Origin: a virus
Taxonomy: Duplodnaviria; Caudoviricetes
Strand: one strand, 5' to 3'
Length of the DNA: 64,000 nt
IMG/VR virus record: IMGVR_UViG_3300025121_000013
The notes under the pieces are model-generated. The model saw only the letters and a list, made by a program, of their open reading frames with translations. It made no database searches and had not been told where the DNA came from. The position numbers were made by a program, and so were the translations under genes. Positions 8,788 through 18,466 of the stretch are shown here, in pieces. Numbering within the stretch: the first letter of the stretch is position 1; every line of letters begins with the position of its first letter.

Positions 8788-11700
8788 ATGGCTTCAATTA
8801 AAGATACGTTTGCAAAGTTAAAAACTTCTATCGTTGGAACAACCACCACAAATATTGATAATAAATTAGATCAGGCTTTAACTGATATTAATTCATATAG
8901 AAATCAAAGTGGTAAAAATGGTTATATTGATTTAATGAAAACTTTGATTTCAAAGAATGTTGATTTTGTTCCCGACGTTGCTAACACCGGAACTGGGTTA
9001 TTTGGGTCTGCTGGTTCTTCTCCAGCTAATTATGGACAAAGTGGCAGAATTTTAAGATATAAAGTTTATCAATCAATTGTTACAAATATTAGTTATTGTT
9101 TTAGAGCATTGGATGTTTTAGTTGATAATATTTTATCTCCAGATGACATTACAAAAATTTCATTAGACGTAAAAGAAATTAAAAATATAAATGATATAAA
9201 TGTTCAAAGTTTGACAGAAAAAACTAAATTATTAATAAATGATATAAAGCTTGAAAAACATTTGCCTTTAATTATTAAAGAGACATTAAAGTTTGGAGAT
9301 TTCTTTGTCGAGATTAGCAATTCAAAAGATGTTTTATTTACAAAAACAATTTTAACTGAAGAGAGTATTTTAGGACAGGATGAAAACAGAGGAAAACAAA
9401 GAATCAAATTACAAGAAAAACTTATTGATGAAAAAGATTCAAAGTTAAAAATTCCTGAAATTTTAATAGATTATAAGATATTAGAAAATGAAAGAAAAGA
9501 AGGAAAAAAAGAAGAGAAAAAATTAACTTCTAAAGATATTAAATTAGTTTTTCATGCCCCTCAAAGAGTGGTAAAATTACAGAGTGTCGCATATCCAATT
9601 TGTTTTGGATATTTAATATTTCCACAATCCTCATTTACTCCAATAGAGATGTTTCAAGACACCACAATAAATAATATTTGTAATCAAATTTTAAAAAATC
9701 TTGAATCAAATATTCCAGCGATGGGTGACTTTGATGCGCCGGATGATTTAAAAGATGTCATCCGTTTAATGATTCAAAATGCCGATCCAACCAGAGCATT
9801 GAGTATTAGATATGTTCCGCCTAATAAAATTGCACATTTTTTGGTCCCATCTTATAAATATTATCCTTATGGAGAATCCATATATGATAGCGCTCAATAC
9901 ACGGCGAAAGTTTTAATCGCTTTAGAAACGGCTTTAGCCATTCAAAGACTTTCAAGATCAACTGAGAAAAGAAAGATCACGGTTGATATTGGATTGCCAA
10001 GAGATGCAAAAAAAGAGATTGAAAGTTTAAAAGAAGTTTTTAGAAAGAGAAAAATCAATTTAGATTCGTTTGGAACTATCGACACTATAGCGTGTTTAGA
10101 TTTGGATACTGAGATTATGTTGACAAATGGCAAATCAATGCCAATAGGAGACATTGTAAAATATTTTAATGAAGGAAAAGAATTTGAAATTTTAGCCTAT
10201 GATAAAGAGTCTGGGACAATTGTTCCTGATAAAGTTGTAAGCGCTAAAATAACTGGAAGAAATGTTAAAACTATAAAGGTGATTTTAGATAATAATGAAT
10301 TTGTAATTTGTACGCCTGAACATTTATTTATGATGAGAGATGGCTCATATAAGGAAGCAAAAGATCTTATTCTTGGTGATTCTTTAATGCCTTTATATAC
10401 ACGATCTTCAAATAGTACAACTTCTAAGGGGTTTACTTATGAAGAAATGTATCAACCTGGGTTAAATACTTGGAAATTAACCCATCAAGTTTTTGGAAAA
10501 TATTTAGGACTTTATGAAAATAAAGATGTTGTGCATCATATTAATAAAAATCCAAGAGATAATAGTTCTTGTAATCTTTTAGGATGTACACATACAGAAC
10601 ATGCTGAGATTCACTCAAATGATAAAGAAAATGGTTATAACGGTGGAAATATTGGAAGGACTCAAATTAGAAAGAAAATAAATTGTGTTATTTGTGAAAA
10701 AGAATTTGAGAAAAATTATTGGGAAGAAAAACTAACTTGTTCCAATGAATGCTTTTTAATTTATAAGAAAAACTATAGCGTAAAGTCTTGGGAAACAAGA
10801 AAAGATCAAAATGAATATGTGCTTCATTCGGAAAAGTGTTTTATTTGTGGGAAAGAGTTTAAGATCACTAGATCTTTATATAATAAGATGATCGACGATG
10901 GTTTGAGATTAGTTTGTGAAAGTAAAAAATGCAAAGAAATTAATAAAGCGGTAAGAAAAGAAAGTTGTCCTATTTTTTATGTAGAATGTGTTAATTGTAA
11001 AAGAAATTTTATATCTGAAGATAAAAATAGAAAGGCTTGCAATGTTTTTTGTTGGAATAAACATATTAAAGAAAATGGGTTTAAACAAAATAGAGTTTCA
11101 GGAAAATGTCAAAACTGCGGAAAAAACGATATAGTATATTCTAAAGGTTTTTATAAAACATGTGATAATAAGAATTGTAAAAAAATAACAAAATCTTTAA
11201 ATACAACTTTATGTAAAAATGGAAATTGTACATTAATTGATTTTACAAAATGTTCTATATGTGGAAAAGATACTGTAATTTCCAAAAAGAAATCTGGATA
11301 CACTTTTGGAACTTGTGGAATAAGATCTTGTAGCCATAAAGCAATGCATAGGGGAATTTATCGAAATAAAGATCTTCAGGTTTTAAGAGAAGGAGTGAAG
11401 ATTGAAAAAAAGATTTTTTCAAATCATAAAGTTGAATCTATCGAGTATTTAAATGAAGGAAGAGATGTCGCAGACATTCAGACATCTAAATATCATAATT
11501 TCGGACTTAAAGCTAGTATATTCGTACATAATTCGCAAATCTCCACATTCGAGGATATCTATATTCCTACCAAGGACGGTAAGGCTTTTTTCGATGTTGA
11601 CACATTTACCGGTGGAAATGTTGATATTAGATCAAAAGTTGATGAGTTAAAATTCCTTAGAGATCAATTAGTTGCATCACTTTCGATTCCACCAGCGTTT

Positions 11701-12132
11701 TTGGGGATAGAAGAAAACGCGATCGTTAAAGCCACGTTATCCGAAGAGAATATTCTTTTTGCTAGAACAATTATTGCAGACCAGAAATTTATTTCTGAAC
11801 AAATAAATGATTTAATAGAAAAGATTTATCAAATTATTGATCCAGAAGAATATTTAACAGCTTGGGAAAATATTAAAATTACTTTGCCTCCGCCAAAGTC
11901 TTTACAATTTGAGAGAGAAGCAAAATATACAAATGATTTAGTCACTTTAGTTGAATCGCTTGAAAGAATAGGGATTCCAAAAAGTTATAGTGTTAAGAAA
12001 TATTTACAAAATATTGACTGGAAAGAAATAGATCAAATAAAAGCTGAAGAAGAAACTGAGGAAAAACTTAATTCAAAAGACAAAGATACAACAGGAGGAA
12101 TGGGTGGCAGTGGGTTGCCTCCTATGTACTAA
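8788..12132 (+). CDS. Portal protein (T4 gp20-like) containing an intein
   Basis: KFGDFF, YGESI, R...TEKRKI.VDIG.LP and EDIYIP..DG....VDTFTGG...DEL..L...L..SL.IP match gp20; lies upstream of the protease and capsid genes. Confidence 0.85.
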   Translation: MASIKDTFAKLKTSIVGTTTTNIDNKLDQALTDINSYRNQSGKNGYIDLMKTLISKNVDFVPDVANTGTGLFGSAGSSPANYGQSGRILRYKVYQSIVTNISYCFRALDVLVDNILSPDDITKISLDVKEIKNINDINVQSLTEKTKLLINDIKLEKHLPLIIKETLKFGDFFVEISNSKDVLFTKTILTEESILGQDENRGKQRIKLQEKLIDEKDSKLKIPEILIDYKILENERKEGKKEEKKLTSKDIKLVFHAPQRVVKLQSVAYPICFGYLIFPQSSFTPIEMFQDTTINNICNQILKNLESNIPAMGDFDAPDDLKDVIRLMIQNADPTRALSIRYVPPNKIAHFLVPSYKYYPYGESIYDSAQYTAKVLIALETALAIQRLSRSTEKRKITVDIGLPRDAKKEIESLKEVFRKRKINLDSFGTIDTIACLDLDTEIMLTNGKSMPIGDIVKYFNEGKEFEILAYDKESGTIVPDKVVSAKITGRNVKTIKVILDNNEFVICTPEHLFMMRDGSYKEAKDLILGDSLMPLYTRSSNSTTSKGFTYEEMYQPGLNTWKLTHQVFGKYLGLYENKDVVHHINKNPRDNSSCNLLGCTHTEHAEIHSNDKENGYNGGNIGRTQIRKKINCVICEKEFEKNYWEEKLTCSNECFLIYKKNYSVKSWETRKDQNEYVLHSEKCFICGKEFKITRSLYNKMIDDGLRLVCESKKCKEINKAVRKESCPIFYVECVNCKRNFISEDKNRKACNVFCWNKHIKENGFKQNRVSGKCQNCGKNDIVYSKGFYKTCDNKNCKKITKSLNTTLCKNGNCTLIDFTKCSICGKDTVISKKKSGYTFGTCGIRSCSHKAMHRGIYRNKDLQVLREGVKIEKKIFSNHKVESIEYLNEGRDVADIQTSKYHNFGLKASIFVHNSQISTFEDIYIPTKDGKAFFDVDTFTGGNVDIRSKVDELKFLRDQLVASLSIPPAFLGIEENAIVKATLSEENILFARTIIADQKFISEQINDLIEKIYQIIDPEEYLTAWENIKITLPPPKSLQFEREAKYTNDLVTLVESLERIGIPKSYSVKKYLQNIDWKEIDQIKAEEETEEKLNSKDKDTTGGMGGSGLPPMY
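10093..11532 (+). mobile_element. Intein (480 aa) with HNH homing endonuclease and Cys-rich repeats
   Basis: Block A CLDLDTEIMLTNG, block B CTPEHLF, HNH VHHINKNPRDN..CNL...H...H, and C-terminal HNF...FVHN followed by Ser. Confidence 0.9.
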
Positions 12133-12147
12133 GGAGATTTTAATATA

Positions 12148-12729
12148 ATGAAAAAAATTGATGAAAAAATACATGATTTAGTAAAAAAAATAAAGACAGA
12201 AACTTTTTCTGACTTTTTTAATGACTATGATAATTTAGGAGATTTTCAAGTAAGTGACAGACCCTATAATACAAATATTCCATATACGTTAGAACAAGAA
12301 GAAGTTCCGACAGATCCATCTTTACCTCAACAACCCCCAGTTGATGATGCATCTGGGATGCAAGATCCATCTTTACAAGGTGGAATGGTTGGAACAGATC
12401 AATATGGAAATCCATTACCAACTGGAGAAGCGGAAATTCAAGATCCCGAAGTTTTGGGAAAAGTATATGAATTAAAAAAGATTTATTCAAGATTGACAGA
12501 CGCTTCTGATTTATTAGAAGGCATCACAGATCCTGAAATAATTCAATTGAAACGTTATACCGAAGAAACTATAGAATTATATCAATTATTATTATCCAAT
12601 GTTGAAAAGTTTGAAAATCAGCTTGATGATATTATTATACATTTTTATAATTTCATCTTAAGAATTTATGAGGAGTTAACAAATTATTATCAAAAAGAAA
12701 AACGTAGGGATAAAGCGGAGGCTAAATAA
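12148..12729 (+). CDS. Head-module protein (prohead core-like position), Pro/Gln-rich linker
   Basis: Lies between portal and protease; AAGGAG RBS; DPSL motif repeated. Confidence 0.55.
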   Translation: MKKIDEKIHDLVKKIKTETFSDFFNDYDNLGDFQVSDRPYNTNIPYTLEQEEVPTDPSLPQQPPVDDASGMQDPSLQGGMVGTDQYGNPLPTGEAEIQDPEVLGKVYELKKIYSRLTDASDLLEGITDPEIIQLKRYTEETIELYQLLLSNVEKFENQLDDIIIHFYNFILRIYEELTNYYQKEKRRDKAEAK

Positions 12730-12730
12730 T

Positions 12731-13390
12731 ATGTCTCATTTTATTATGGAAAGTCCTATTTACCAAGAGCCTAAGGTTTTAAAAGATTCAATACAAAAAG
12801 CAAGATTTCGTATGATTTTACAAGATTTAGACACTATAAATGCGAATAGAAGAATGTACCCTTCAGACGTTATTTCAGAAGGTTTGAATGATTGTAATAT
12901 AAGAATGAAAAGGAAAGCCTTTTTTGGCGAATTGGATCATCCATTTCCAACAGGAAAAGAAGAGTTTGATGCGATTAGACAAACTACAGTTTCTTTAGAG
13001 AAAGTTTCACATTATATTTGTGATTATGAAATTAAAAATAAACAAGTTATTGGAGAGATAGAAACCGCAAATACTAATTCGGGGTATATTTTATTGGGTC
13101 TTTTAAAAGATAAAGCGGGCATTGGCATGTCCATGAGAGGCGTCGCTGAATTAGAAAGAACACGAGAATATAATAGGGTAATGAGACCATTGACCATTAT
13201 CGGCTATGATGCGGTTTCAATGCCCTCCCATACCTCTGCATTGGTCGACTTCAATGAAATGAAATTTGAATCAAAATGTTTGATGGAAAATTCAAGAATG
13301 ATTTGTGTTGGGGGAAAATGTTTCTTGCCTGATTATTTTGATAAACTTGTTGAATCAAAAATTATAACCTTTTTTGATAGGTGGGTGTAA
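12731..13390 (+). CDS. Prohead protease (T4 gp21-like)
   Basis: NANRRMYP, GELDHP, VSLEKVSH, GMSMRG and YDAVSMPS. Confidence 0.9.
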   Translation: MSHFIMESPIYQEPKVLKDSIQKARFRMILQDLDTINANRRMYPSDVISEGLNDCNIRMKRKAFFGELDHPFPTGKEEFDAIRQTTVSLEKVSHYICDYEIKNKQVIGEIETANTNSGYILLGLLKDKAGIGMSMRGVAELERTREYNRVMRPLTIIGYDAVSMPSHTSALVDFNEMKFESKCLMENSRMICVGGKCFLPDYFDKLVESKIITFFDRWV

Positions 13391-14064
13391 ATGGAAATTA
13401 TTATCGAGAATGAAGGAAGAAAATTAAATGATATTGAATTTAAGAATATTGTAGAATCTTTTGCAAAAAGTTTTGACCCTGAAGTTCAGAAACAAATTGA
13501 TAAGTTAGATAAACAAATTTATATCACAGAAGAAAAGTTATCAAGACAAAAAGAATTAATTGCTAAATCAAAGGATTTGAAAGATATGATGATTAAAGAA
13601 AATGATGAATTGGATAATAGAATCTTTTTACTAAAATCTCAAATTTTACAAAAGTTAGGGGGTGACTTGTGAATATCGAAGCAACTGAAATGCCAGATAT
13701 TTTATCTGAGAATATAGATAAAATAAAAGTGAAATTGGCTGATTCATTAATAGATAAAATTAAGCCTTTGGTTAATTTAGGGTATGAAAAAAGAAATAAT
13801 ATAATTAAAGAATTGGAATTAAAGATTTTACAAAATAAGCAAATAATGGAATCTTTAAAAAATAACCTTGTTAGTATCGATAAAGAAAAAAAGAAAAAAA
13901 ATAAAACGATTGAATTATTAGAAAATACCCTTAGATTAGTCTCAAAAGAAAATTTATCAAAATTAGCTTCAAGAAATGAATTGGTCACTTTGATAAATAT
14001 TTCTGATAAAGTGAGTATAGATAGATTGGAAGAACATATTCGATTTATCAAAAATATGTTATAA
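13391..14064 (+). CDS. Two coiled-coil ORFs (13391-13672, 13669-14064), probable scaffold/core proteins
   Basis: Heptad-rich; GTGA overlap; lie between protease and capsid genes. Confidence 0.55.
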
Positions 14065-14114
14065 GATCTGATCTGAATAAATATTTTTAATTTAAGATCT
14101 GATCTTAAGATTTT
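14062..14114. repeat. Partial copy (14062-14074) and full copy (14091-14114) of the TAAGATCTGATCT(TAAGATTT) motif
   Basis: Direct repeats upstream of the major capsid gene. Confidence 0.85.
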
Positions 14115-14208
14115 TTAAGTTCTGTTATATGTAATATTAAAGAACAAAAAAATAACTAAAGTTTATAACTATTTATTGATTTAGATAGCAACCTAAAGGA
14201 GGAAATGT

Positions 14209-15666
14209 GTGATGAAGGAACTTTTACTTGAGGTTTATAAGACGACAAAGAGGCTTACTTCGGTTGACCCCAGTAAGCCAGGAAATTTAAAACCTTTCCT
14301 GGTGGATGACAATGCTTTCAAGACTTATATGGAAGGACTTTGCGAGTCTTTTCAGAACAAGAAGGACCGTGAGGCTTTTATGGTCCTGGCGGAAAATACT
14401 CGAGTTCGTTTACTTGAAAACTCTATGTTCCAAATGAACCCCTATGAATCTTTAATTTTTCCTGTTTTAAGAGTTTTCTATCCAAAGCTTGTTGCCAAGG
14501 AAGCCGTGACTGTGACTCCTATGGACAAGCCTGAAACCGTGCAAGCTATTTTGACAGCGACTTTCACCCAAGCGAATGGCAACACTCAGTATACCGCCCC
14601 CGTGACTTCTCAGGACATTTCCGGTGGGCCTTCTGTGGGAACTCCAGTGGCGGCTTCAATGCCTGTTCCTAGCACAGATTATGATGTTTTGGCTCAGATC
14701 AGCTTAACCAGTACTCAGGCTCATCTTGAGAGAGATTTTGAAATTACTGGCGTTTCTGCCGATGGTACAAATTTTACCTCAGTCTCGATTCAACCCGCTG
14801 TGGAAGGACATTTTGCTTCTTCAGTGACCATCGTTGGAACTGGAACCGATGTCATTACGGGTAAGGTTGATTATCTCAATGGCACGGTTTCTGTGGCTAG
14901 CACAAGCGCAGTCGTGACTTTTATTCGTTACACGGTTACATGTTCCCTCGAAGAGAATAGAATTAACCCGACTGTGACTCTTTCTGTGGATAAGCTCAGA
15001 CTGTACTCAAAGGATCGTCAGATCACTGCGAACTGGAGCGTGAACTTTGAGCAAGATATGCGTTCACTGTTTGACATGAATACCCAAGCTGAAATGGTTA
15101 ATATTATTGGTCAGCAGGTCGCGCTTGATATTGACAGAGAAATCGTCAATGCTTTAATCGCGGCTAACACGAATTTAAATGCTGCCACCCATAGACGGAC
15201 TTTTAATAGAACTCCCCCTGGAACTTACGTGTGGGGCGTTAAGTATTGGCACGAAAATATTATTTCCGATCTGAATATTCTTTCTTCGAGAATTTTTACC
15301 GATACAAATATTGACCAAGGCAATACCATTTTAGCGAATCCCGTTGACGTTGCCATTTTAGAAGATATCAATACTTTCAATTATACCGGTACTTCGAGCG
15401 TTGATGGGGAAGTTGGTTATCGGTCAGCTACCGTGGCCGGTGGAAAATGGAAGATTCTCACTTCCAATGTGGTTCCCGCTGGAAGCATGATTGTGATTTA
15501 CAAACCAGTTGAAGACATGAAAGCCATTTATATTTATGCGCCTTATATTCCGGCTGTGTTGCATCCTTACCCACTGGGTGCTAAGCCCTCCTTGACGATT
15601 TTAAGTCGGTACGCTAATGCCATGGTGAGAAGCAATGGCGTTGCGGTTCTGACAATCGGTGCGTAA
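14209..15666 (+). CDS. Major capsid protein (T4 gp23-like)
   Basis: LIFPVLRV.YP.L.A..V.V.PM..P, R....W......D, DIDREIV and YAPYIP; AGGAGG RBS; visibly higher GC than neighbours. Confidence 0.9.
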   Translation: MMKELLLEVYKTTKRLTSVDPSKPGNLKPFLVDDNAFKTYMEGLCESFQNKKDREAFMVLAENTRVRLLENSMFQMNPYESLIFPVLRVFYPKLVAKEAVTVTPMDKPETVQAILTATFTQANGNTQYTAPVTSQDISGGPSVGTPVAASMPVPSTDYDVLAQISLTSTQAHLERDFEITGVSADGTNFTSVSIQPAVEGHFASSVTIVGTGTDVITGKVDYLNGTVSVASTSAVVTFIRYTVTCSLEENRINPTVTLSVDKLRLYSKDRQITANWSVNFEQDMRSLFDMNTQAEMVNIIGQQVALDIDREIVNALIAANTNLNAATHRRTFNRTPPGTYVWGVKYWHENIISDLNILSSRIFTDTNIDQGNTILANPVDVAILEDINTFNYTGTSSVDGEVGYRSATVAGGKWKILTSNVVPAGSMIVIYKPVEDMKAIYIYAPYIPAVLHPYPLGAKPSLTILSRYANAMVRSNGVAVLTIGA

Positions 15667-15687
15667 TTTACCTTAAAAATTAGCAAA

Positions 15688-15727
15688 AAAATGTCCCGGG
15701 GATGAAGCAAATTCCCCGGGACATTTT
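15688..15727. terminator. Bidirectional terminator between convergent blocks
   Basis: 15-bp stem AAAATGTCCCGGGGA/TCCCCGGGACATTTT with A and T flanks. Confidence 0.85.
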
Positions 15728-15757
15728 CCTCTCGTCGGTTTGAGCCTTCCTTAAACT

Positions 15758-16279
15758 TTATCCTTTAAGATTTTTTATCTCGGCATGAAATTCCTGGATC
15801 GTTTTTTGGAGTCGAGTAATTACCAACCCTTTTTGATAAACTTCTTCCTCGAGTTCTTCAACCCTTTTCTGAAGGGCAAGACATCGTTTTTCAGATGGGG
15901 TAAGACTTCTGTTTCTTGGAATCAATGAGACAATTTCTCCATCGATCCTAATTAATCCCAAATCAATCAAATTTTTAAATAAAGGCAGCCTTACTTTTTC
16001 AACGTTTAATGATCTTCGAGCTTTTCTTAATTCTGAAATAGTGCATGAACCTTTGCACCGTTTTAGAGTTCTTAGAACTGTTGATCCAACTTCCTTACTA
16101 AAATCTCTTGTCAATTTAAATCCATTTTCAACCTTCTCCACACCAGGCTTACGATTTAGACGAATATTTACAAAGGTTTGCGGCAGATCCCATTCGTCCG
16201 CAAACTCTTTATAAGAAATCACCTCCCCAATTTTTTTCATTCCCAAAGCGAGGTTAATCAGCTGAGCTTCTTTTTGCAT
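15758..16279 (-). CDS. Hypothetical protein, possible winged-HTH plus C-terminal coiled coil
   Basis: CTISEL...LFKNLIDLGLIRIDGE resembles a wHTH; heptad-rich tail. Confidence 0.5.
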   Translation of the reverse strand: MQKEAQLINLALGMKKIGEVISYKEFADEWDLPQTFVNIRLNRKPGVEKVENGFKLTRDFSKEVGSTVLRTLKRCKGSCTISELRKARRSLNVEKVRLPLFKNLIDLGLIRIDGEIVSLIPRNRSLTPSEKRCLALQKRVEELEEEVYQKGLVITRLQKTIQEFHAEIKNLKG

Positions 16280-16310
16280 CTTTTTCTCCCCTCTTGTTTA
16301 TGATAGTGGG

Positions 16311-16363
16311 ATAATCTGAGAGTTTGATCAAACGAAAAACACTTGATCAAACTCTCAGATTAT
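16311..16363. repeat. Perfect 21-bp inverted repeat with an 11-nt spacer
   Basis: ATAATCTGAGAGTTTGATCAA / TTGATCAAACTCTCAGATTAT. Confidence 0.9.
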
Positions 16364-16666
16364 TTAGTTTATAATTTTCGATTATGATTCAAATATCAAT
16401 TCATCTGGTTCATCAAGGGGAAATCCTTCTTCATCCCAGTCTTCTTGAAATGTTCTCTCCAAATTCTTTGGGCCAGTTTCTTTATTTTTTCTTGACGATA
16501 AGCGATAGGTTTCGTTCTCAGACCCACCATGATGATATGCCATCTTTTAATCTCCCATTCTGAGAAGAGTGAAGAGAAGAAAATCAAAGATTAATAATGG
16601 AGTTGTTTTCTTTTATGGTACATCTGAAGAAGGGCGGAAAAAATTTTAAATATATCAAATCCTTTC

Positions 16667-16741
16667 TGGCAGACCCGGGAGGATTCGAACCTCCGAATGC
16701 AGGAACCAAAATCCTGTGTCTTACCGCTTGACGACGGGTCT
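16667..16741 (-). tRNA. tRNA-Gln(UUG)
   Basis: Cloverleaf; anticodon arm CAGGA-TT TTG GT-TCCTG; TTCGAAT T-loop; encoded CCA. Confidence 0.93.
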
Positions 16742-16749
16742 TTAGCGAC

Positions 16750-17370
16750 TCAATGAAATACTATATTTATCCATTCTTTAGATTCTTTAGACCATATTTT
16801 CTTTTTTTCTAAAAATATTAAAAGAATAATCAAAGCTTTTTCTATCGTATCTTCTTTAAAAGAGAAACCATTATAATCAACCATAAATTCATTTTCTAAT
16901 TTTGTAATATTAAGTTTAGAATCTGGATATTTTTCAAACATTTTAAAAAGTTGTTCTTTATGTGGAATCCATATGGTATCTTTGATATGACTACCCTCAT
17001 AACCTAAAACATAATCACCTTTTTTAGGAATCCAAAAACTTTGGACTTCTTCAGTACTACATAAATTTATAAACTCATTTGAAAAATCCATAGACTTTTG
17101 ACCCTTTTACTTCTCTTTCCTTTTATTTTTTTGAATCGTCTCTAAAGTTAAAAAAGTTGTAATCCATTTTGAATCATCTTTTTTTTGAATACAAAAAGGA
17201 ATCCAACCATTTTTAATAAATAAATTTTTTATATCTTTGTATTTCAATTCCATATTCATTGTTGGTTGAATTGTGAATGGAGTTCTTGGCCAAATATAAA
17301 TTTTTCCTTTAATCCACGCTTTTATAAAATGAATTAAAAATAAAATTTTCTTCAAATTATATAAGACCAA
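16750..17370 (-). CDS. Two hypothetical ORFs (16750-17091, 17107-17370)
   Basis: Co-oriented with the block; the first has a W.P..EQL motif typical of YopX-like phage proteins. Confidence 0.55.
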
Positions 17371-17578
17371 AACATAATTTCATTTCTATCAAATTCATTT
17401 GTCCCATCTGTGAAATATATCCCATTCCAATATACAATTCTATAATATGGTTTATCAAATTTTTTAATTTTTACAATTAGCTCAGATTCATCTGTTGGCA
17501 TATTCTCAACATCAGACCTAAATCTCATTCTTCAAAAACCTCCTTGAAAATCTTTTATAATTGAAACATTATTTTGTC

Positions 17579-17653
17579 TGGCTCCGGGAGGAGGGATCGA
17601 ACCTCCGACTGTCACATTAACAGTGTGATGCTCTTCCGCTGAGCTATCCCGGA
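17579..17653 (-). tRNA. tRNA-Asn(GUU)
   Basis: TCACA-CT GTT AA-TGTGA; encoded CCA. Confidence 0.93.
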
Positions 17654-17746
17654 GAGTTTGAGGGGCTATAGAAATTAGGCGACGTTTAAGCACAGAGTAT
17701 ATGAATTTTCTCGAAAGTCATTTCTTTCTCCTAGTTTTTTAGTTTT

Positions 17747-17822
17747 TGGTGGAAGCAAAGAGATTTGAACTCTTATCTTTCGCCTTGCAAAAGCGATGCT
17801 TTCCCTATTAAGCTATGCCCCC
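17747..17822 (-). tRNA. tRNA-Ala(UGC)
   Basis: TCGCT-TT TGC AA-GGCGA; G3:U70; A73; encoded CCA. Confidence 0.9.
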
Positions 17823-17829
17823 TAATAAT

Positions 17830-18045
17830 TTAAATAATAGCCTCTATAATATTATTTAGTTCTTTTAGTCTATTTCCTTTTGAATGACCTAAATGCCATT
17901 TCTTACAAAAAGCACATTTATAAACGCTAACAGAAATTTGTTTCTCAAATTTTAATTCTTTTCGAGCTTTTAAGGCGATGTCTTCATTGCTATATTTATG
18001 TTTAAATCGACATTGATTTCTCTTAAGTCTTCGTTTACTTGACAA
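17830..18045 (-). CDS. Small basic protein with YxCxxCxxWH motif
   Basis: VYKCAFCKKWHLGH; GGAGG RBS. Confidence 0.65.
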   Translation of the reverse strand: MSSKRRLKRNQCRFKHKYSNEDIALKARKELKFEKQISVSVYKCAFCKKWHLGHSKGNRLKELNNIIEAII

Positions 18046-18082
18046 TTCAAATTTTATCCTCCTTTCTTTTTTAATTTGTTCA

Positions 18083-18466
18083 TTATAATAATTTTAAATT
18101 CTTTGTTATTTTATCAATATCTTCAGATTTAGCTGGCCCAATAGCAATACATGTTTCTGTTGGAATTCCATGAAATTCTGTTAAGCCTGCATCAATTATT
18201 AAAGATGCTGGAAACCCGTTATCCAAAGCTTTTTGATATATCTCTAATAATTCTTCTTTTGAATTGACTTGCAAACAAATTTTTGTAAAAAGTCCATTTA
18301 ACCATTCTGAAATGTTTTCATCCAATTCTAATGTCCAATTGTCATTATTTATTTTTGACATTTTATCTAATAAAATTTTCATTGACGCATGTGCGCCTTG
18401 AGCGATCATTTTTCCTTTTCTCATATTTAAATCTGTTCTCATTAATATAACTTGTTTAACCTTCAT
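18083..18466 (-). CDS. pth2: Peptidyl-tRNA hydrolase, Pth2 family
   Basis: KQVIL.R.DL.M..GK..AQ.AHA, KICL.V.S..EL, DAGLTE and T..AIGP....ID.IT..LKLL. Confidence 0.92.
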   Translation of the reverse strand: MKVKQVILMRTDLNMRKGKMIAQGAHASMKILLDKMSKINNDNWTLELDENISEWLNGLFTKICLQVNSKEELLEIYQKALDNGFPASLIIDAGLTEFHGIPTETCIAIGPAKSEDIDKITKNLKLL

